Below are positions 1 to 10,557 of a stretch of DNA of 64,000 bases, in pieces. Origin of the DNA: an uncultured Poribacteria bacterium (GTDB lineage: Bacteria > Poribacteria > WGA-4E > WGA-3G); assembly GCA_951813565.1 (NCBI GenBank), contig OX638351.1:1984001-2048000 (forward strand), given 5' to 3'. The translations under genes were made by a program, and so were the position numbers. The notes below the pieces were generated by a model, which was not told where the DNA came from, ran no database searches, and saw only the letters and a program-made list of their open reading frames with translations. Every line of letters begins with the position of its first letter. Position 1 is the first letter of the stretch.

Positions 1-385
1 CGTTGATGCTCTTTTTCTCTTTGTCGTCTATTTCCACTCTCATGTTAAAAACTATAGATTTGCCATCCGGTGAAAATGACATTTTACCGATATACGCTTT
101 ATCGGGTACTATGAGTTTCCGGATGTTTGTCCCATCTGGATGCATCAAGTATTCACCACCGCGTGAACTAAACACAATCTGTTTACCGTCGGGGGACCAG
201 CAATCTGGGAAGGGTCTTAACTTTTCGTCTTCAATGAGGAGTGTCTGGTTACTACCATCATCATCCATAACGTAGACACCTTGCACACCGTCGTGTCTGG
301 AACTAAAAACGATTTTGGCATCTGCCACCACACCGAAAAGCAGTAGCATCAGTAGACAAAACAAACTGATCTTTGGTAAATGCAT
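1..385 (-). CDS. TolB-like (PD40 repeat) secreted beta-propeller protein, 5' part (runs off window start)
   Basis: Manual translation from ATG at 385: MHLPKISLFCLLMLLLFGVVADAKIVFSSRHDGVQGVYVMDDDGSNQTLL...WSPDGKQIVF...FSPDGKSIVF. Close paralog of 36891..38021. Confidence 0.85.
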   Translation of the reverse strand, partial: MHLPKISLFCLLMLLLFGVVADAKIVFSSRHDGVQGVYVMDDDGSNQTLLIEDEKLRPFPDCWSPDGKQIVFSSRGGEYLMHPDGTNIRKLIVPDKAYIGKMSFSPDGKSIVFNMRVEIDDKEKKSIN

Positions 386-442
386 GGTTATGCTCCGTAA
401 AAAGCGTGGTAGGGGCGCGTGTCCCCTGCCTTATGAATCGGT

Positions 443-1249
443 TTATGGATTATCGCTTTCATCAAACGTATTCGCATCTGTCGCCCACCAGTCGTCTGTA
501 TCCCCAAACGTCACTCGGAGCCGAAGATACGCATCACACACCCACTCTTCACCTTCCTGGAGATTTCCGCCAGTGTCAAAATTGAAGTAAGAGCCCCAAT
601 CACTGGTGCTATAGCTGTAGCTGGATAAAAAGTGTTTGCTCGGCAGGTCTTTTTCTAACTCATCCAACGGTTTGTTTTGGGCTGTATGGCGGAATCTTCC
701 GAACCCTCTCGCGTTATTACCGGTTTCGTTATAGGCATAGACATACCCGTCCATGACGATAGATGAGCCATCAAAGTAGTGAGCGGTGAGTTCTGAGTAT
801 CCGTAGATACCGTTCGTTTTGGAACCTGAATCGACAACGGGTTTATAGATATATGCCGTATCAGTACTGGTGTCAGAGATAAACGTATTATTTTCCTCAT
901 CAGAAAACCAAGCGACTGCCTTTATATCATACTTGGCGATCTTTATGTTACCAGATAACGAACCAAGGTCTACATAGACATTGGTCTCACCATAGTGCGA
1001 ACTTGTTGTCAGTTGTTCATATTCACTATCTGCATCCGATATCGGATACGTCTGTTTTGCATACCAGTCTATAAATTCTATGCCTTCATCCGCTGACAGA
1101 TAAGCGTAGACGGACCCACCTGATCCGTAATCAGTGCTTGGAGAAATAGAAATATACGTTATAGATGCCGCCTCACTATTATTGACAATACCGATCTGCA
1201 ATAGGAAACAAAGCATCGCAACGGTGATGCCGATTGATCTAGATTTCAT
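443..1249 (-). CDS. Secreted hypothetical beta-rich protein, paralog of 34849..35676
   Basis: ORF 443..1288; RBS AAGGAG favours ATG at 1249; signal peptide ending NSEA; motifs shared with 34849. Confidence 0.8.
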   Translation of the reverse strand: MKSRSIGITVAMLCFLLQIGIVNNSEAASITYISISPSTDYGSGGSVYAYLSADEGIEFIDWYAKQTYPISDADSEYEQLTTSSHYGETNVYVDLGSLSGNIKIAKYDIKAVAWFSDEENNTFISDTSTDTAYIYKPVVDSGSKTNGIYGYSELTAHYFDGSSIVMDGYVYAYNETGNNARGFGRFRHTAQNKPLDELEKDLPSKHFLSSYSYSTSDWGSYFNFDTGGNLQEGEEWVCDAYLRLRVTFGDTDDWWATDANTFDESDNP

Positions 1250-1869
1250 TTGTGTATCTCCTTTATATTCAGTTGATATGCTATCCAAAGCATATCGTTG
1301 CGTTTATCAATCTGGACGATATTTTCGTCCAGAGGTCTTTCTGATTTTGACAGACCCTAAAGGAGATGTTGGCAGGAAAAAACGAGAAGTTGCTGGCAAC
1401 TGTTCCTTTGGGCTCGCTGGTTTCCATATTTCTATAGCAGCAAGAGTGATACTTGTGCTAAAATGAAAACCAGCCCTGTCATACTTCTACTATGGCATGG
1501 CTACGCGCTGATTGTGCTTTTGTGATTGTTAGCACTGTCGGCGCGCCCCCACTTGGGGGTGAACGTGCCCCGGTGTCATACACGCGACCCGTGCATTTCT
1601 AACACCTTGTGTAAAGTTTACACAACTTTACAAAAAATGTCAATCACTTTACAAGTAATTTCTAACATTTTTAAGTATTATACAACTTTTCTTTTTTTGT
1701 ACATAATATCATAAATCGGATGATCCTAAGCGGCAGCGGTATAACATTGCGAATATTATCACCAAACTCATTATCAAAGCAGGTCAACTGGCTTTTGATA
1801 GAAGAAATACGAACAGATTGACGCAATCGGATAATATATGATAAAATTCTAAATAGATCGTAGAGAAGA

Positions 1870-2850
1870 ATGATGAAAGCAATTACGAGAAAAGGGGACG
1901 GCGGACCAGAAGTCCTGCAATTAAGCGAAGTGTCTCCTCCTCAACCGACAGAAACGCAACTATTGGTGGATGTGAAAGCAACTGCCCTCAATCGCGCTGA
2001 CTTAATTCAACGGCGCGGCGGCTATCCGCCACCGCCAGGTGAATCCGAAATACTCGGTTTAGAAATTGCTGGCACGGTGTTAGGAATGGGAGCGGCTGTT
2101 ACTGGATTTAACGAAGGCGATCGTGTCTTCGGACTCGTAGGTGGTGGAGGTTATGCGGAACAGGCAGTTATTGATTTTCGCATGGCAATGTTTATGCCAG
2201 ATGAATGGAGTTTTGAAGAAGCTGCTGCCGTTCCAGAGGTGTTTTTTACAGCAAATGAGAATATCTTCACATTAGGACGGCTTTCTGCTGGTGAGACTAT
2301 TCTAATTCATGCAGGTGGAAGTGGGGTTGGCACTGCAGGTATCCAGATAGCGCATCATGTTGGTGCCCGTGTGTTTGTCACCGCAGGTACATCTGACAAA
2401 ATTGACAACTGCAAGGCACTGGGGGCTATAGCAGGCATTAACTATAAACACTCAGATTTTGTTACAGAAATTGAGCGGTTGACAGATGGAGATGGTGTGG
2501 ATGTCGTGTTAGATTTTATTGGGGCGCCATATCTTGCACGGAATCTACAGATTCTCAAAACGAAGGGGCGTCTATTGCAAGTAGGATTGATGGGAGGTTC
2601 GGCTACAGAAATAGACTTAGGAATGGTGATGCGCAAACGGCTGCAAATTATAGGTTCCGTAATGCGTCCGCAATCACTTGATGAAAAAATTTCTATTACG
2701 CAGCGATTTGTAGACCGTTGGTTGCCGGAATTCAAGAAAGGAACACTTCAACCTGTTATCGATTCTGTATACCCTTTAGCCCAAGTTCGTGAAGCACATC
2801 AATATATGGAAGCAAATCGTAATTTTGGTAAGATTATTTTGAAAATATAG
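1870..2850 (+). CDS. NAD(P)H-quinone oxidoreductase, PIG3/zeta-crystallin family
   Basis: LNRADL, YPPPPG, HAGGSGVG nucleotide-binding motif, GKIIL C-terminus. Confidence 0.93.
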   Translation: MMKAITRKGDGGPEVLQLSEVSPPQPTETQLLVDVKATALNRADLIQRRGGYPPPPGESEILGLEIAGTVLGMGAAVTGFNEGDRVFGLVGGGGYAEQAVIDFRMAMFMPDEWSFEEAAAVPEVFFTANENIFTLGRLSAGETILIHAGGSGVGTAGIQIAHHVGARVFVTAGTSDKIDNCKALGAIAGINYKHSDFVTEIERLTDGDGVDVVLDFIGAPYLARNLQILKTKGRLLQVGLMGGSATEIDLGMVMRKRLQIIGSVMRPQSLDEKISITQRFVDRWLPEFKKGTLQPVIDSVYPLAQVREAHQYMEANRNFGKIILKI

Positions 2851-2922
2851 TCTGATAGACAGTTACCAACATATTCTTGTAGGCGCGGTTTAAAACCGCG
2901 CCTAATGCAGCATAAAATAAGT

Positions 2923-3215
2923 GAGGGGTGTGGATAAATAATTCCGATGTTAAATATGCGCTTAAAGGTAGTAGGCACATGCCGCTGAATGCCAAAAGCG
3001 CATTCATAGCGTTGATTTGGTGTGCTGTCCACAAGTTCAAAGAGGCGCAGCATGCCACACGGGGAATGCCATAAGGTATTCGGTCCGTTGATTTGGCGCA
3101 TGCTGCGTTGATTTGGCAATGAATTGCGCGACTACAAACGCATTTCTATAAATCAAGCGGCACCTGGCGTCTGTCCCTGTCTGTGTTGATGCGTCAAATA
3201 TTTATGCACACTCTC
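2923..3215. mobile_element. MITE with GAGGGGTGTG/CACACTCTC ends carrying REP-like palindromes
   Basis: Imperfect TIRs; 8-bp direct repeat AAATAAGT on both flanks (2915-2922, 3216-3223). Confidence 0.8.
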
Positions 3216-3615
3216 AAATAAGTAGAGCGTATCTCATAAATCATTTGTAGGGCGAGGTCTCTGTGCCTCGCCATCTCTCTCATAAGTAGAAACAATGGGC
3301 GGGCACCAAATCAACGGTCCGAATGCCTTTTGGCATTCACCGGGACCCGCCCCTACGATGAATGTAGAACCTGTGTAGGGAACCGTATTTAACGATTTAT
3401 GAGATAGACTGTAGGCATTATTGGAGTTATGGTGTTTGTAGTAGCGCAATTCATTGCGCCTCTTACATGAGTTTGTAGATTGAGTAGAGCAGAGTGTAGC
3501 GAAACCTAATTGCGTGATTTCACATTTTTTGAAGAAAACTAAATCGGTTTGCAACTAAAAATAAAACCATCACATATCATTTCAAAATATACTTTACAGT
3601 CTGTTTTTAAGGTTT

Positions 3616-6600
3616 TTGATAATGCTTTCAATTGAACATTGGAATGGGAGATTAGTAGTTTTGCGTAAACGCTTTGTGCACGCATTGTTATACGCAATAC
3701 AGCAATTTTTGAATATGTCTCCCAGAATATCAGTGCGTGCCATGTGTGCGTCCTGTTTTATTTTTTTATCAATTCTGTTTGTTTTTAGTTCTGCTGCAAT
3801 TGCTGAAGTGACCCAAACAACCACTGCAGATGGCATTACTGTAAATTTCAAACTTCCACAACTCCACGTTACGCAAGTCAAACCAGATGCCCAATTTAAA
3901 AGGGCAGGGGCAGGTGGTGTATACCATACGGTGAAATATTCCGACTGCGATTGGATTCGAGAACTGGGTTATCCTAAATTGCCAGTCACACGTGTTCTGT
4001 TGGCTATTCCTTCCGACGCGAAACTGAACAAAGCGGATATTTCTGTTAAAGCAGGTGTCTTACAGACTCGCAGCGGTATTAGACTTCTCCAAAATCAAAA
4101 AGAAACGAACCCTAATACCACAACCAATTTATACCCGACAGTTTTAGCTCGCATTGAGACGGATGGATACATCCGTTCCCAACGTGTCATTAGTTTGGCT
4201 TTACATCCAGTCCAGTATAGTGCTGCAACGCGTGAACTTCACTCTTATAGCAGTCTAACTGTTTTTATCCCTTTTGATTCACAATTGGAAACCCGTGGGG
4301 CAAGTGCAACATTCAATCCTGCACTATCTAACTTGAAGGGGACCCGTTCTCCTTACGAACAGACTTTTGCCCAGCATATTTTTAACTACACGGACTATCG
4401 CAAAGTTTTCAACGTTGATTTGGAAAGATCGCGAACTTTCCGTGCTGGTATGGGTGTTTTCCCATCGGCTCCCGCTGCACCAGGACTTACAGACGAATCA
4501 CTTCAGACCCGTTACAAACTCTATATTGATGAAGCAGGTGTATATAAGATCCCTGCGGCATCTCTCCGTACCGACTGGGGTATTGATCTTATAGGTGTTG
4601 ATCCTCGCAAACTGCGTCTCATGCACGGAGACCAAGAAATTCCTATCTACGTCAGTGGAGCAGTGGATAGAAGTTTTGACGCAGAAGATGCAATCTTTTT
4701 CTTAGCACACAGTTCTACCGATCCCAATAGCCCTTTTCCAAAGAACGCTTATACATTGTGGAATGTTTATTGGCTAAGTGTTGCTACGGAGGGACACCCA
4801 GCGCGTGTGCCACAAATTGAGGCAAGCCCCAGCGATGCAACGGCAGTTCAAGTGCCAACCTTCCGATCACGCGTCGTTTTTGAAGAGGATCATCTCAGTA
4901 ACAACCTTGAATTTGTTGATGCGGACATCGTCGCAGCGGGTGATAAACACAAATGGTTTGATGCTTTAGACTTTTGGTACTGGGACGGTATTAAAAACGC
5001 TAGCGATATCGGAGAACTACGGCTTGCGTTTCCACTTTATGACGTAGCGAAAAGTTTTGATCCACCACAGATACATGTCGTTTTACAAGGTGGCACGCCT
5101 GTAACGCATGAAATCTTGGCATCTATCAATGGGGTTCAGATTGATCGTGTAAAGTGGGAAAGTCAGGCGCAAGTGACTCTTTCAACGGGTCTCCGTGTTT
5201 GGAATAACCTCAAAGATGCGTCACAAGGTGAAACAAACGTTCTATCTCTAACGCGTATTGACGACACTTTTGAAGAGGACACTACCCGCTATCCGTATCA
5301 TATCTACCTCAATCGATTTTGGGTTGACTATACGCGCCTCTTTTTAGCTGTGAACGATCAACTCCGTTTTGGCACTCCTGTCAAGTCAGTCCAAGACAAT
5401 GAAAATAAAGGTGTTACACATCAATTTCGGGTTGATGCGTTCCTTGATCCGCAGATTTCCGTTTTCGAAACAGATGGGAATACGCTTACGGCAAAACTTC
5501 AAGGCGTTGATGTTACACGGCATGTAACCGATAATACCATGCGTGCCCGGCTCAGCGCATTAAATTCTGGAGACTTCAGAGCTGTACCGAATAACACTTA
5601 CACAGCAACTTTTCAGATACCGAATACCCGAACAACCGAGTTTATAGCGGTTTCAGATACTGCTCTTCGGAAGCCTGCTCAGATTGACACCGTTCCACCG
5701 AGCGATTTACGAAGCCCATTGAACGGTGTGGATTACCTCATCTTGACACATGCCAAATTCCGAGATACTGCTGAAAGATTAGCAAATTGGCGTGCAACAG
5801 CAGGCGGTGGTGGATACCGAACTAAAGTTGTTGACGTGGCAGATGTTTACAACACTTTCGGTGATGGAAAAGTTCACCCGATTTGGATAAAAAACTTTTT
5901 GACCTATGCGTACCAAAATTGGGCACCGCCGGCACTTTCATATCTGGTGATCTTTGGCGACGGCACCTACGATTTTCGAGGTATAAATAAAGAAATTTAT
6001 CTTGAACCCCCAGAACTTACAGGTTATATACCGCCTCACTATATTTCAACTGATTCCTTCGGTAGAACTTCTGTAGACCATTGGTACGCCACAGTCTCTG
6101 GACACGATGAATTTGTCGATTTTTATCTCGGCAGAATAAGTGTTGAAACTGAGGCGGAAGCTGATGCTGTTGTTGACAAGATTATCAATTATGAAGCACA
6201 ACGTCCCAACGGTGGATGGCGGCGCCGAATTATTTCCGTTGCCGATGATGAAGTTAGCAATTCCGGTGATCATATCTTTAAAAAGAGTCTTAACGAAATT
6301 GCCAAAGACCATACACGCCTCGGCTATGAAACCGTTGAAATTTATCTTGAAGATGTTATAGATGAAGTTGAAGCGAATCCAGAGGAATTCTCCGGTAGAC
6401 TGCCTCGGCACGTTGCAAAAGACAGAATTATTAATGCTTTAGGTCAGGGTGCTGCCATTGCCCAGTACGCTGGACACGGTGGACGAATCGTCTGGGCACA
6501 CGAAGCTATTTTTGATAATGCCTCTATTGATAAAATTGAAGAGACCGGACATCTTCCTTTTATGTTAGTGTTAAGTTGCTATAACGGCTATTTTGACGAT

Positions 6601-9600
6601 CCGGGTGAACCGAGCATGGCAGAAAAACTGCTACGTAAAGAGAGAGGCGGTATCATCGGGATGCTTAGCGCAACGCGCCTCACTTATGGCGATGGTAATG
6701 AGGAACTGAACCGAATTATCTTTGACATGCTATTCCAACGCGATATACGGCAGCTCGGTCCTCTCAGTTTTGATTCTAAACTTGAGTTCCTTCTGACACA
6801 AGGTACATCGCAGCTTGATATCATGCTTGAATATACACTTTTCGGTGATCCGGCGATGCAGATTGCTATGGCAGACCATGAAATCCTTCCTGTAATTGAG
6901 ACAAAGACGGTCAAAGCAGGCGATAAACTTAAGATCGCCTCCGGATTCATTCAGACTGCACACTACGATACTGAAACGAACAAGAAGGTTTTTACCCGTA
7001 ATACCAGTTTTAATGGGGAATTAACAGTAAAAGTTATTTTTCCCGGACAACAATCTGTTGGTGTTGATAAAACCGGTGCCCCAAGAGAGTTCTACTCCGG
7101 TGATGTTCCTGTAATAGAGACGTTACAAGTGCAAAACGGCAGTTATGATGCTGTTGAAATAGATGTGCCAGAAAATATTTCACCGGGCGATGCACATGTA
7201 GAGTATTATGCAGAAAACGCAACCGAAATTGCTGTTGGCGGCGACGGTTTCACTGTTGAGGTGCCGAAAATACTTGACATAAAACAGCAATTGATTACGA
7301 CCTCAGACGGAGAGGAGATGATTGATATCTCTGTAAACATTTCTGATGATGAAAAGATGGTTGATTCCGTTGTGTTAGAGTGGCGAAATCCGGAAACTCA
7401 CACGTGGGAAAAGGTTGACCTTGAAATAGATACTGAATCAACATCTCCTTTAGTGTCTACAGCAAGGTGGTGGAAACTTCCTGAACCTTTACCAGTCCCA
7501 ACTGATGGTTCCGCTTTTCGATATGATATTCAGATTACGGATATGGATGGGTTTGTTGTAAATTCCGATTATTACCGATTCTATCCATATATGTATCCTA
7601 ATCTTTCAGTGGTTTATAAGCGTAGAGAAAGTGTCGGACAGATCAGTTATAATTTGGGTGATCCAAAAGATGCTGCACAGGGACGCTTTTTGTCTGTTGA
7701 TGTTGAAGTTGTAGGTTCCACTAATTCTAACGATAATGCTGTTTCTGACAACGATCTGATATCCGAATTCGGACTTTCTGATATTAATGTAGAAGTAGCC
7801 TTTTTTAGCGGAAATCCAGATATAGATGACAATGGTATTATTGACACTGATGCTAATCTGCTTGGCAGAACGGAAATAAAACCGGACGATTGGGTTGTGC
7901 GCAATCCGCTACATCAAGGGGGTGGTGCGTATACACCTGATCCACTCAATATCAATCCTATTGCGACTGCCGCTATCCCAATATCTTTGCGCAGCGGCAT
8001 ACACGACGTGTTTGTCTATGTTGATCCGATTTTTAGCGAGGCGGAACAACCCGGAAAAGTTCTTGAAAATTATGAGCAAGATAATATTGGGTATAAACAA
8101 CTCACTATTTCCGGCAATATCATCGGGGAAGTGCCAACACGAAGCACTAGTGCTGATGGCGGCATCCGCATAATAACACCAGCAGGTGTAGTCGCGAATA
8201 AGTCTTCACTTCTTACTGTTTTGCCAATAGTTCCAGATACTGTGGACGCTGATTATGCCTATTTTATTGGTGGCACAGGAGAGGTGCGAAGCACTAAAAC
8301 AAAATCACCGCTTCCTATTATTGGAAGTGAACAAAAAGGCAATATTAAAACAGGGATGCTTTTTCCGGTAATGTTCCCAACACATCCATCTCTACTCGGT
8401 TATACATTGCACCTAAACGAAACAGAATCTGATGACCTATGGAATGCCTTTACACTCCAGGCACCAGTTGCCGTTGAACTTGATTTTGATTGGACAGCAC
8501 TGCAACAGGAGGTGATGCGGGAGCTTTTTGGTAGTGGGACGGATGTGTCAACTGATATGTCTGTTATAGAGGAAACCCTTAGTGCTGCTGTTGAGGAACG
8601 AGCGCGTAATATCGGTGCATATCTGTGGCTTGATGCTTTGTCTAACTGGACACGGCTTGATTCTGAAATCAAAAGACATCCAAATGGTGGTATCCATACA
8701 GCTACCCGTGCCACCCAAATTCGGAACGATAACACCAGTGATAGGAGAATTAAAGATGTAAATATCCCATCAGAGGGCGCTAACATAGGTGTCTGGATAA
8801 TCCTTTTTGAGACTGCACAGACCTACCGTCTTCTCTTTATACCCGGCGATCCTTCAGAGGTGACGACATTAGATAATCGCCAATTAGAAGAGATTGCGAG
8901 AGGGATACCGCTTAGATCTTTTACGCATGCAGGCATAACTTCCACTGCAGCTGTGCCTGAATTTACTTTTGATATCGAAGAGGGGGACACCTCTTTTCAA
9001 TTCGGTGATATTTTACGTTTCAGCGTCACGCAACTTGAAGTACCGGGTGAGGTGGGGAGTTCTCAATTTTACGCGTCATCTTTTATCAGCGGAAACAGAG
9101 GAGATGGGACAATTCAATATCTTGATTTGAGTCCAGAGACAACAATTCCACTGGATACTTGGCTTATCATGTTTGTTTCTCCAACGCAGTTTCAGATTGA
9201 AGGGAGAAACAGTGGAGTCTTGACGAAGGATGGAGTGCCAATATACGGGACAGTCGGTAAGCCTTTTGAATATAGTGATTATGGGTTGAATCTATTGATA
9301 ACACAAGGTCCTATCCCTTTTATTGTCAGTGATCGGTTCTTGTTTGAAACGTCTAAGGTGGGAACAATTCAAGCAAAAACTTCATATTTAGGCACAGTTA
9401 CTTGCCTGCGAAGCGAGGATAAAGTGCCTCCAGACATACAATTAACCATTGGCAACCAGCAACATTTTACTTCTGGTGCCCCAGTTGATGCCAAGCCACT
9501 TATCCAGGCAACGCTCACTGATGCGCGCGGTATTGATTACGTCACGCGTCCTGTTCAACTCGCTTTGGGAAGGTTTGGAGAATTTGAAACTATCTCCGAA

Positions 9601-10056
9601 ACCGAGTACAAACTCATACAGCATCCAAGTTCTACGCAATTGGTATTGACGTATAATTCTCCTGAACTTGAACCTCGCGAATATCAACTCCGACTCACGG
9701 CGAGTGATCTTGATGGAAATGAGGGAGAGAGTGAGATTACTTTTCAGGTGCATGGCAAACTCCAACTGATAGAACCCTTGAATTATCCGAATCCGTTTAC
9801 ACGGGATACCACAGTGACATGTGAATTAACAACGCCTGCTGAGTCGCTCACTGTCAAAATTTACACCCTTACCGGAAGGCTTATCCGACAACTTGAAACT
9901 GAGGCACCAGCAGGGTTTATACAACTTAAGTGGGATGGCAAAGATGATGAAGGTAGCGAAGTTGCTAACGGAGTCTACTATGGAAAAATTATTGTTAAAA
10001 GCCTTGATGATGAAGATGACCAGACCCACATTCTGAAAATGATGAAATTGAAATAG
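3616..10056 (+). CDS. porU: Large PorU-like C25 (gingipain family) cysteine peptidase with C-terminal FlgD/T9SS-CTD-like domain; likely start 3715
   Basis: Signal peptide, C25 propeptide-like N-terminus, DYLILTH, YLVIFGDG, catalytic YAGHG and LSCYNG, YTLFGDP; C-terminal NYPNPF...KIYTLTGRLIR...WDGKD...VANGVY; directly upstream of a porV-like gene. Confidence 0.75.
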   Translation: MIMLSIEHWNGRLVVLRKRFVHALLYAIQQFLNMSPRISVRAMCASCFIFLSILFVFSSAAIAEVTQTTTADGITVNFKLPQLHVTQVKPDAQFKRAGAGGVYHTVKYSDCDWIRELGYPKLPVTRVLLAIPSDAKLNKADISVKAGVLQTRSGIRLLQNQKETNPNTTTNLYPTVLARIETDGYIRSQRVISLALHPVQYSAATRELHSYSSLTVFIPFDSQLETRGASATFNPALSNLKGTRSPYEQTFAQHIFNYTDYRKVFNVDLERSRTFRAGMGVFPSAPAAPGLTDESLQTRYKLYIDEAGVYKIPAASLRTDWGIDLIGVDPRKLRLMHGDQEIPIYVSGAVDRSFDAEDAIFFLAHSSTDPNSPFPKNAYTLWNVYWLSVATEGHPARVPQIEASPSDATAVQVPTFRSRVVFEEDHLSNNLEFVDADIVAAGDKHKWFDALDFWYWDGIKNASDIGELRLAFPLYDVAKSFDPPQIHVVLQGGTPVTHEILASINGVQIDRVKWESQAQVTLSTGLRVWNNLKDASQGETNVLSLTRIDDTFEEDTTRYPYHIYLNRFWVDYTRLFLAVNDQLRFGTPVKSVQDNENKGVTHQFRVDAFLDPQISVFETDGNTLTAKLQGVDVTRHVTDNTMRARLSALNSGDFRAVPNNTYTATFQIPNTRTTEFIAVSDTALRKPAQIDTVPPSDLRSPLNGVDYLILTHAKFRDTAERLANWRATAGGGGYRTKVVDVADVYNTFGDGKVHPIWIKNFLTYAYQNWAPPALSYLVIFGDGTYDFRGINKEIYLEPPELTGYIPPHYISTDSFGRTSVDHWYATVSGHDEFVDFYLGRISVETEAEADAVVDKIINYEAQRPNGGWRRRIISVADDEVSNSGDHIFKKSLNEIAKDHTRLGYETVEIYLEDVIDEVEANPEEFSGRLPRHVAKDRIINALGQGAAIAQYAGHGGRIVWAHEAIFDNASIDKIEETGHLPFMLVLSCYNGYFDDPGEPSMAEKLLRKERGGIIGMLSATRLTYGDGNEELNRIIFDMLFQRDIRQLGPLSFDSKLEFLLTQGTSQLDIMLEYTLFGDPAMQIAMADHEILPVIETKTVKAGDKLKIASGFIQTAHYDTETNKKVFTRNTSFNGELTVKVIFPGQQSVGVDKTGAPREFYSGDVPVIETLQVQNGSYDAVEIDVPENISPGDAHVEYYAENATEIAVGGDGFTVEVPKILDIKQQLITTSDGEEMIDISVNISDDEKMVDSVVLEWRNPETHTWEKVDLEIDTESTSPLVSTARWWKLPEPLPVPTDGSAFRYDIQITDMDGFVVNSDYYRFYPYMYPNLSVVYKRRESVGQISYNLGDPKDAAQGRFLSVDVEVVGSTNSNDNAVSDNDLISEFGLSDINVEVAFFSGNPDIDDNGIIDTDANLLGRTEIKPDDWVVRNPLHQGGGAYTPDPLNINPIATAAIPISLRSGIHDVFVYVDPIFSEAEQPGKVLENYEQDNIGYKQLTISGNIIGEVPTRSTSADGGIRIITPAGVVANKSSLLTVLPIVPDTVDADYAYFIGGTGEVRSTKTKSPLPIIGSEQKGNIKTGMLFPVMFPTHPSLLGYTLHLNETESDDLWNAFTLQAPVAVELDFDWTALQQEVMRELFGSGTDVSTDMSVIEETLSAAVEERARNIGAYLWLDALSNWTRLDSEIKRHPNGGIHTATRATQIRNDNTSDRRIKDVNIPSEGANIGVWIILFETAQTYRLLFIPGDPSEVTTLDNRQLEEIARGIPLRSFTHAGITSTAAVPEFTFDIEEGDTSFQFGDILRFSVTQLEVPGEVGSSQFYASSFISGNRGDGTIQYLDLSPETTIPLDTWLIMFVSPTQFQIEGRNSGVLTKDGVPIYGTVGKPFEYSDYGLNLLITQGPIPFIVSDRFLFETSKVGTIQAKTSYLGTVTCLRSEDKVPPDIQLTIGNQQHFTSGAPVDAKPLIQATLTDARGIDYVTRPVQLALGRFGEFETISETEYKLIQHPSSTQLVLTYNSPELEPREYQLRLTASDLDGNEGESEITFQVHGKLQLIEPLNYPNPFTRDTTVTCELTTPAESLTVKIYTLTGRLIRQLETEAPAGFIQLKWDGKDDEGSEVANGVYYGKIIVKSLDDEDDQTHILKMMKLK

Positions 10057-10120
10057 CTGATGGTAGGCAGCATCCTGATAACCGACAACTAATACCAAAT
10101 TCATTTGATTCATCGTCTTT

Positions 10121-10194
10121 ACATACCGCTCCGCTGGAGCGGAAGACAGAAAACTCCACGTGCTATAAACATACCGCTCCGCTGGAGCGGAAGA
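10121..10194. repeat. Two direct copies of palindromic unit ACATACCGCTCCGCTGGAGCGGAAGA (REP-like)
   Basis: Identical units about 48 bp apart; related pairs near 45314/45361 and 20195/20245. Confidence 0.7.
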
Positions 10195-10557
10195 GTAGAA
10201 AAAACACTGGAAAAACAAGACGAATTACGTTAATTTGGTATAACAACTGACAACCGACTTATGAAAAAAGAAAATATCGTAGGGAATCAACGCTGAATAC
10301 GCTTTTGGCATTAGCGAGCAGAACAACGTGAAACCTATTTTAGGAATATTCACGTTCGTAGTCGCGCAATTCATTGCCAAATCAACGCCAAATACGCGTA
10401 TGGTATTTGTCGCCTCGGACATTCTGTAGGAGCGTCCTCCTGGTCGCGACATATTACGAATGGTCGCTCCCGCCGAATACCACAAGCGTATTCGGCGTTG
10501 ATTCACAAGAAGAAAATCGGGCTTATAAGCCCTCCAACGAGAAAATTAGATACTCTT

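Noticed and set aside
10121..10194. Direct repeats resembling a mini CRISPR array (also near 20195-20270 and 45314-45388)
   Set aside because: Only two units each, short spacers, no cas genes; they match dispersed REP-like palindromes.
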